From assembly GCA_051453625.1 (NCBI GenBank), contig JBOZIK010000001.1, positions 35,231,008-35,257,981 on the forward strand: 26,974 nucleotides of DNA, given 5' to 3'. Made by a program: the position numbers and the translations under genes. Source of the DNA: Welwitschia mirabilis. Lineage: Eukaryota. Every line of letters begins with the position of its first letter. Positions within the stretch are counted from its first letter, which is position 1. Of this stretch, positions 19,772 through 26,974 are shown in pieces. The notes under the pieces were generated by a model. The model was given only the letters and a program-made list of their open reading frames with translations. It did no database searches and had not been told where the DNA came from.

Positions 19772-22639
19772 ACTCTCTGCTTAAAGGATGCAATCCACTG
19801 CTTAACTCTCTGCTCTAAAGTCTGTAACCTTTGATCAATAAATCCTCTAAGGGTCTTGATACTCTTAGCCAGAAGGGCTTGAATCTACTCTAATGAAGCT
19901 CCAATTGTAGGTCTCTATACCTGAGATCTCTCTACCTCTCCTAGTACCTGTATACCCATATCTTATAAATAGTAAGCAGAAGTCTAAATATATGAGAAAC
20001 ATCACTCACCTATAGGCTCAGGTATCCCAAATCGTCTGATTAAAGCTAAGAGGAAGCATGGATAACTAAGTATCTATAACTGTCATGTCTTAATCATAAA
20101 CCTAAGTCTAATCTATAAATGTCTAATCATAGTATGACTGTCATGGTATGATGGACTGATGTTATGAATCAGTTCTCTGTATAAAACTATGTATGTAGGG
20201 ATTAGCTAGGTAATATTCACTTCTTATTGATTAGTGATCATATCAGCTAGAATGTCTAAAATGGCACCATAAGCTTAAGGCTCCTTTGTTCCACCAGCTG
20301 AATGAACATGCAAACTCTCAAGACCTATGAGATCTATGATGACTATAATGTGAGATGGAAGGATAGCAATCTCATAGTCTTGAATGTATGCAACAATGTG
20401 ATCCTGTAGTTAACCATGAGTATCTAGTCGCCCCTCTATAAGTATGGTGTCATATAATTCTCTCATCTTAGAAGCATAGTATGCACCGTGCACATTTGTG
20501 ATCCATCTAAGCTATAACTTTGTCAATCTCTGATCAATCTCTGGCTCTAAACGGCTCATGAAATCATCAAAATATCTCTCGACATAAATGCTAGCTATTT
20601 GTATCCTCAAGGATCGTTTATGTTGAGGTGGTGGGTGTATGGGATTCTCATGCTGTATCTCAGGCTCAATCAAAGGGCCTGTCGCCTATCCTATAAACTC
20701 AATTGAAGCCTCTGCCTATTTATCTCTACGTGTATATGGCCTGCTCAACCGCAAACACTAAACTTGTCATGCGAAAATAGATAAACAAGATGAAAATGTC
20801 ACATGGATGTGCAATAATGACCCTCATAATCAATAAAAAAGTATCAAAAATACTAAAAATATGTTCTAACCTCCTTAAAATATGCAATGTATCTCGATTT
20901 ATCTAAACATGAGAAAAGAAATGGAGAAAAATGAAGAAAAGCTAAACACTATGTATATAGTGGACCCTGTAGTAAGTAAAAAATTAAAGTACTCAAATGA
21001 AAAATCTAATTTGATAAAGTCATAGAGAACATCGGCTAATCAATTATGCCTAAAGGACCACTACGTTTTGACTTATGGTTTGTGAGAAAATAAGTGTGAA
21101 AAGTAAGAACATGAGAATTCCTCCTAATATACAAAAATAATTATAACTCAAAAAACACGTGCATGAAATTCAGATTTGTAATTCCAAAATGAAGGATGTG
21201 ATGAACTAAATAATATACATCAAAACTATGCATCAAAAGGCTAAAAAAAGAGAGGAAAAAAATGAAAAATCAAGAGGATAGAGAAACATACCTCATTTTG
21301 TGCAAATTTAAAGAAAACTTACAAATATGGCAATGAAATCAAGTGGGACAAATGCTAAAATGCTATTACTAGACAGAGGGGTCATCATCTCTTAAAACAA
21401 TGATTGAAAAAGATGAGAAAATGAGTGAAAAATGAGGAAAAGGGTTTAAGCCATGGTTTCATCGAACTATCCTCTGATCGAGTTATTTAAACATTAGCCA
21501 TAGGATGGCTTCCAGAGAAAATCAGTCCGTTGTCCTGTGTAGTGTTGTTTGGACAACTCCTTAGATGACTATCCATTAAAAGAGTTTGTAGAAGAAAAAT
21601 GTCAGCCAAGAAAGTTAGACTTAGGTAGAATCATTAAACTGACAATTTTTTTGGTGAAAAGAAAATAAGAAAACTACTAAATAATTAAAGTCTGAAGAAG
21701 AAATAAGAAAATGCAGAAATGAATTAGAAATAGTAGAATCAAAAACAAAAGAAAACTAGAGTGAAAATGAACACAAGAGATAAGAATAAGATTATTTACC
21801 TATTCTAAGTACTAACCTAGAACTCCCAAGAAAACCATCATAACATCACCTGAGTAATATGCATGATAAAATGTATTAATTTCATAAAGTTCATTTGAAA
21901 AGGCAGTGGTTATGGTGATATCTAAAGTTTTAAGTGTGTAGAACAATAAAGGGCAAAACCAAAAGGTACTTAGAAATGGACTCAACCCCACAAACTCACC
22001 AGAATCTCTAAAAGTGAAATGATCAAGTGATAATACTAAGGGTTTTATTTCTTTTGTCATGATGAGGGGAATGCAACCACTGTCAGAGGAGTAAGGACTC
22101 ATAAAGCATGGCCAACTGACCCCCCCAGTGGAGTTCCCATAGCTACTATATTACACTACCAAAGGCTTCTCTCAGAAATATTTTCCTTGGTGTACTTGCG
22201 GTAGGACATCATGGTAATCATGTTTTTAAGATACAAAATAGAAAACATCATGGTCTTTATTTCACTTTTTTTTTAAACATAAAATTATCACATTATCATA
22301 TACTAAAGAAAGACAAAGGTGAATAAGTAAGAGAAAATATAGAAAATAATACTCCCAAATAACCTAAGATTTAAACATCATTAAAAAAAACACAAGGAAC
22401 TAAGGCATCTTTCTTTAAATAAAGTTTATAGACATGGGAATGTCTCAAGATTGGGTGAATCTAATCTCACCATCTGTAAATTCCCAAGTATAAAAGTAAT
22501 CATGATACTTCACAAAGTAATATATAAGTCAAGTTTGAAAGATAATCAGGTAATATCATAATATTTAACCAAAAGAGTAATCTAAGAAAGAACTTAGACA
22601 ATGATAGGGAGGAAGTCCTCCTCACTGATGCGAACCTCC

Positions 22640-25600
22640 AAAATAAGTGCTTCTATCATGTTCATAGTTGCATCTAAAGATACCTCATATAATTTCAACC
22701 TTGTCCATTAACCTTCTAAATCTCTTTAGTTTTTAAGTCTAAAATTTCAACTGAGCCATTAAAATACACTTTTTGTATAAGATAAGGACCTAACCATTTA
22801 GAGGTCAATTTATTATTCAAAAGGTGAACTCTAATATTATACAACAAAATAAGTTGACCTAGTTCAAAATTTTTATGAAAAATACTTTTATTATGTTTGA
22901 ACTTTACTTGGGCCTTATGAATCAATTGATGATGTATGGCACTAGTTCTTTTTTTATCAACATGATTTAATTATGCTAACTTATACTTAAAATTTTCAAC
23001 AAAGTCCATAAGATTGAGTTAATAAGCTGTACGATAAGAATTGTAACACACATCAACCGGTAAAACACAAACTTTACCATAAATAAGTTCATAAGGTGAG
23101 AAACTAAAATAAGTATTATAAGTAGTATGGTAGACCCAAAGTAAATCATTAAGCTAATAAGCCCAAGTTTTTTTATTAACAGAGACAAGTTTTTAAAGCA
23201 TTTTCTTTATTTCTTTGTTAGCATTTTTAGCTTGTTCATTTATCTGAGAATGATAAGCATACGTTATTTTATGTTTAATTCCAATGGATAAAAGAAGTTT
23301 CTTGAAAAGTGAGTTAATCAAATAAGTACNNNNNNNNNNNNNNNNNNNNNNNNNNNNNNNNNNNNNNNNNNNNNNNNNNNNNNNNNNNNNNNNNNNNNNN
23401 NNNNNNNNNNNNNTCTAAGAAGTAGGTATAGCGTTAACCCATTTAGTATGTAATCAATAGCCACTAAAATATAATTTTTATTAAAAGAAGGTGGGTGAAT
23501 AGGGTCCATGAAATCAATACCCTAACAATCAAAAGGCTCACACTTAAGAATAGGTCTAAGGAGTATTTCCTGTAAATGAACAAGACTACCAAAATGCTGA
23601 CAAGAATCACACATTCTAACAAAATCATATGAATCTTGAAAAAGAAAAGGCCAGTAAAAACCAGAATGAAATATTTTTATGGAAATTTTGTGTCCACTAA
23701 AAAATGTCCTCCACAAATACCACCATGACAAGATGAAGAATCTCAGGTATTTCTTAATCGGGCACACATTTTCTCATAATCTGGTCTTTACACCTATGGT
23801 ACAAATGTGTTTAAATCCACTCATAGTTACCTATATGATGGAGAAAAGATTTACGCTAGTAATCGGTCCAATGTTTTGGTATTTTCATGGTTACAAGATA
23901 GTTAACAATGTCAATATACCATGGAGGAGGATGAGAATTAGAAATAGTGAAAAGTTACTCATCAGGAAATAAATCATTAATGAGAATGCCATCTAAAGAA
24001 GAAGGAAGTTGAGAAAAATGATCAGCAATAGAATTGTGCTTTCTTGTTTTATCTATTATGGTTAAATTGAATTCTTGTATAAGAAGTATCCATCTAATCA
24101 AACAGGAACTAGAGTCTTTCTTGATCATGATGTAACAAATGATAGCATGGTTGGTATAAAAATTCATATAAAAGCCTAAAAGATAGTGTCTAAGAAAATA
24201 AAGGCAAAAGATAATGGCAAGAATTTCTTTTTTTGTAATAGTGTAGTTTATCTAAGCTATAGACAATGACTTACTATGATAAGATATAGCTTTAAAGTCC
24301 TTCTCATACTTTTGGCAAAGAACCCCACCCATGGTAAAATTGCTAGCATCACATATAAGCTCAAAGTCAGGTGCCCAATCAGGGCCCATTACTATAGGAG
24401 CATAAGACAATCTATATTTAAGCCTACCGAATGTAATTTAACAAGATTCATTCCATTCAAATTTGGCATTTTTCTTTAGTAAGGAGTGAAGGGATTTACA
24501 AATAGAAGCATAATCAAAAATGAACAGATAGTAAAAACCACAATAATCAAGGAAAGATTAGACCTATTTAACATTTGTAGGGGGATTAAGATTTTGAATA
24601 ATACTAACTTTATTAGCTTTCACCTTAATCCCCTCCCAAAAAATGTGGTGACCTAAAACAATACCACTCTCTATAAGAAAATAACTCTTTTCCCACCTCA
24701 AGTGGAGACCACTAGCAATGCATTGGTCTAATACTTTCTCTAAATGATCTAAGATTTTCTCAAAAGTTTCAGAATATATAGAGAAGTTGTCCATGAAAAT
24801 TTTAATGGAATCCTCAAGCATATTAGAAAAAATACTCATCATAGCATGCTAGAAGGTACTAAAAGCATTGTAAAGTCTGAAAGGCATGTGTCTAAAGGTA
24901 AAGATACCAAAAGAAAAAGTGAAAGTGATTTTATCTTGGTCCTCAATAACAATTAAAACTTAATTATAACTGCTATAACCATCAATAAAACAGTAGTCCC
25001 CAAATCCTATGAAAAATTTGATCAAGAAAAGGTAAAGGACAGTGGTATTTTTTGGTTACCTCATTTAGTTTTTAGAAGTATATGCATTTATGCTATTTTT
25101 TACCCTTTTTAGGTACTATCATCAAGGGGATAATCCACTCCTATCAGCAATGGAGTAAATGATTTCATCATTTATAAGTTTTATGATTTCATCTTTTATA
25201 ATTTGCTTTAGGGTTAGATTTAGTTTAAATTAGGGTTGCCTCACAAGTTTTGTATTTTCTTTGAGGTAGATTTTGTGTTGCACAATGGAAGTGGGAAGGG
25301 TTGATAGATCATTATGGAATCAAGCAAACGCATAAACCTTTGACTTTAGAAGAAAGATAAGATTGGTTTCTTGTTGAGGTAAGAGATTTTTGTTGATAAT
25401 CAAAGGTTTATTTAGATCTCTATTTAGAAAAATGTATTTTAGTTCACTATCTAAAGGTTTTATGTTCAAGTTAAGGTTTAGACTTTTAATTTTTGGAAAA
25501 TTTTTAGAAAAGTTGACTATCATCTTAGACTGTTGTCCAGACATCAGTAATGGATAACTGATATCAACATAAGAATTCTCAGGGTTTTTAGTTTCTTGGA

Positions 25601-26974
25601 CTTCAAAATAAGTTACAAACTTAGACTTACTCCTTCTTATATCAGAAAACTTAGTTGGAAGATGGTAAAACTTAAGTTTTTCATTAAGCACATAAAGGTA
25701 GTATACTTCTATTTGATCACCAAACAAGGTTCGATTATGAAGCATGGAACATCTCTCCTTAAGTGGATAATGCTGTAAAAATAGGGTTGATTTTATTTCT
25801 TTCTCCAAACTTAAATCATTACATAAATCTTTTTCTGCCACATTAAACACTCTTATTGAAAATTTTTTGTTTCCAAAATGGAACTTCATCAATTTGGTTT
25901 TTGTGTCTAGTCTCCAATGGGCTATTTCATAGAAAGCTCTACCTAGAAGTAGGGTATATCCACTATGATGCTCAAATTCTAAAACAACTACATCAATTGG
26001 ATAGAAACTTCCTCTATTTGAATGACCAAATCCTTCATCACACTTAAAGGTTTCTTTATGGATGTATTGGCTAACTCCAAGATAATGTGTGTAGGCTCTA
26101 ATCTTTCTTCCAACTTAAGACATTATCAAATATGTAAAGACATAATATTAACACTAGCTCTTATATCTATCAAGGCTTTCTTAATTCTATGGTTCCCCTC
26201 TAAAGTAATACTAATAGTTGCTACCCCCTGATCTTTAAACTTTAGACACTTTTTATAACCCAAGTTGCTAATGAATTAAGCTAAGAAGACTTCACTAGGG
26301 AGGGTTCATTTTTGTTTCTTTCTTATTAGGTCTTTTTATAGCTTAGAGTATTTTTGGTTTTCCAAAAAGGTAAGTTGATGCTTATATTTTGTATTAAGGC
26401 TTTCAAATGATTATCAAAGATGAGGTTTGTGTTAAGCCTATCAATCCATGAAATAGTGGGTTTCTTTTGTAAAGGATATTTCTTTTTTTACTAAGTGAGA
26501 AAGGGAAGGAATTGTTTTCTAGGATTTCTATGTCATCTTCCTCATCATTTTTATCATTTTGATAAGTTGAAGCCTCATGGATTATGTTATTTTCACTCCT
26601 TGTCATCACTTACAATCTTTTCTTACTTTATTAGGGTTCGGTAAAGGTCGAGTGGCAAGGATCCCTTATGGTTTTTGATTGGAAAGCATGGCTTTTTATA
26701 ATAGACTTACAAGATTTTCTATGTTTGCATTTGTTTTTTCTTGAGTTTTTCTCAACTCTTCAATGGAATTCCTAAGAGGATCACTATGGTTTTGAGAGTT
26801 GGAAGGGCTTTCCAAGTTATTTGGATGGTTGGATTGAAATTTTGGATGTTCAAATCTATTTATGAAAGGCTAGAAGTTAATATGATATGTTTATAAATTT
26901 TTAGAATTTGGTGGCTCACTCATCCTATTTTGAAAATTGTGATTTTGGACTTCTCTTTGGTTGTGGTTCTTCAT
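22640..26974 (-). pseudogene. Disrupted gag-pol of the Athila-type element
   Basis: Protease KALIDIRASVNIMS (~26140-26180); RT YCFIDGYSSYN, RHMPFRLYNA, IKIFMDNFSIYS, WEKSYFLIESGIVLGH; RNase H FELICDASNFTMGGVLCQ, LIRWILLIQEFNL; integrase SGFYWPFLFQD..CDSCQ, YILVAIDY; C-terminal KLTSKWLGPYLI. Numerous stops and frameshifts. Confidence 0.93.
23330..23413. other. Assembly gap (84 N) within the gypsy integrase
   Basis: Run of N. Confidence 0.99.

Larger units (their letters stand above)
19370..20750 (-). pseudogene. Disrupted extra (env-like / putative plant transposon protein) ORF of the Athila element
   Basis: Absent from the ORF track. Reads SIYVERYFDD..LRWITNVHGAYYASKMRELYDTI (cf. YxxxVREFYAN), LYRELIHNISPSYH, LSYPCFLLALIRRFGIP, then a coiled-coil tail; in-frame TAG stops. 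Confidence 0.72.
17681..26974 (-). mobile_element. Athila-type Ty3/gypsy LTR retrotransposon, degenerate; 5' part lies beyond the window
   Basis: Minus-strand order gag-PR-RT-RH-IN, long non-coding spacer, extra ORF, then LTR. This is the Athila/errantivirus-like layout. Confidence 0.88.

Noticed and set aside
25320-25892. 190-aa ORF as an independent gene
   Set aside because: It is the protease-RT linker of the gypsy polyprotein (LKYIFL..PLIIN..L..QETNLIFLLK motif).

Overview
Eukaryotic, AT-rich land-plant nuclear DNA (scaffold with three N gaps). There is one host gene, a spliced ARID-HMG chromatin protein of the HMGB9/10/11/15 family on the minus strand (ATG 14219, five exons, stop 9380, about 706 aa nominal). 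It sits among heavily decayed transposons: three Ty1/copia pol relics (1-1430 -, 1480-4210 +, ~5300-7900 -), a possible hAT relic (~16200-17520), and an Athila-type Ty3/gypsy element (17681 to the window end, -) with gag-pol, an env-like extra ORF and a 3' LTR. The gene is the most interesting part. It has a Q-rich N-terminal extension and an ARID domain lacking the conserved Trp and recognition loop. Its C-terminal tail carries at least four 56-67 aa tandem repeats, and that tail is bracketed by a good splice donor and acceptor, so one optional splice could switch between a short canonical and a long repeat-bearing isoform. All family assignments come from manual translation and remembered motifs; no searches were run.
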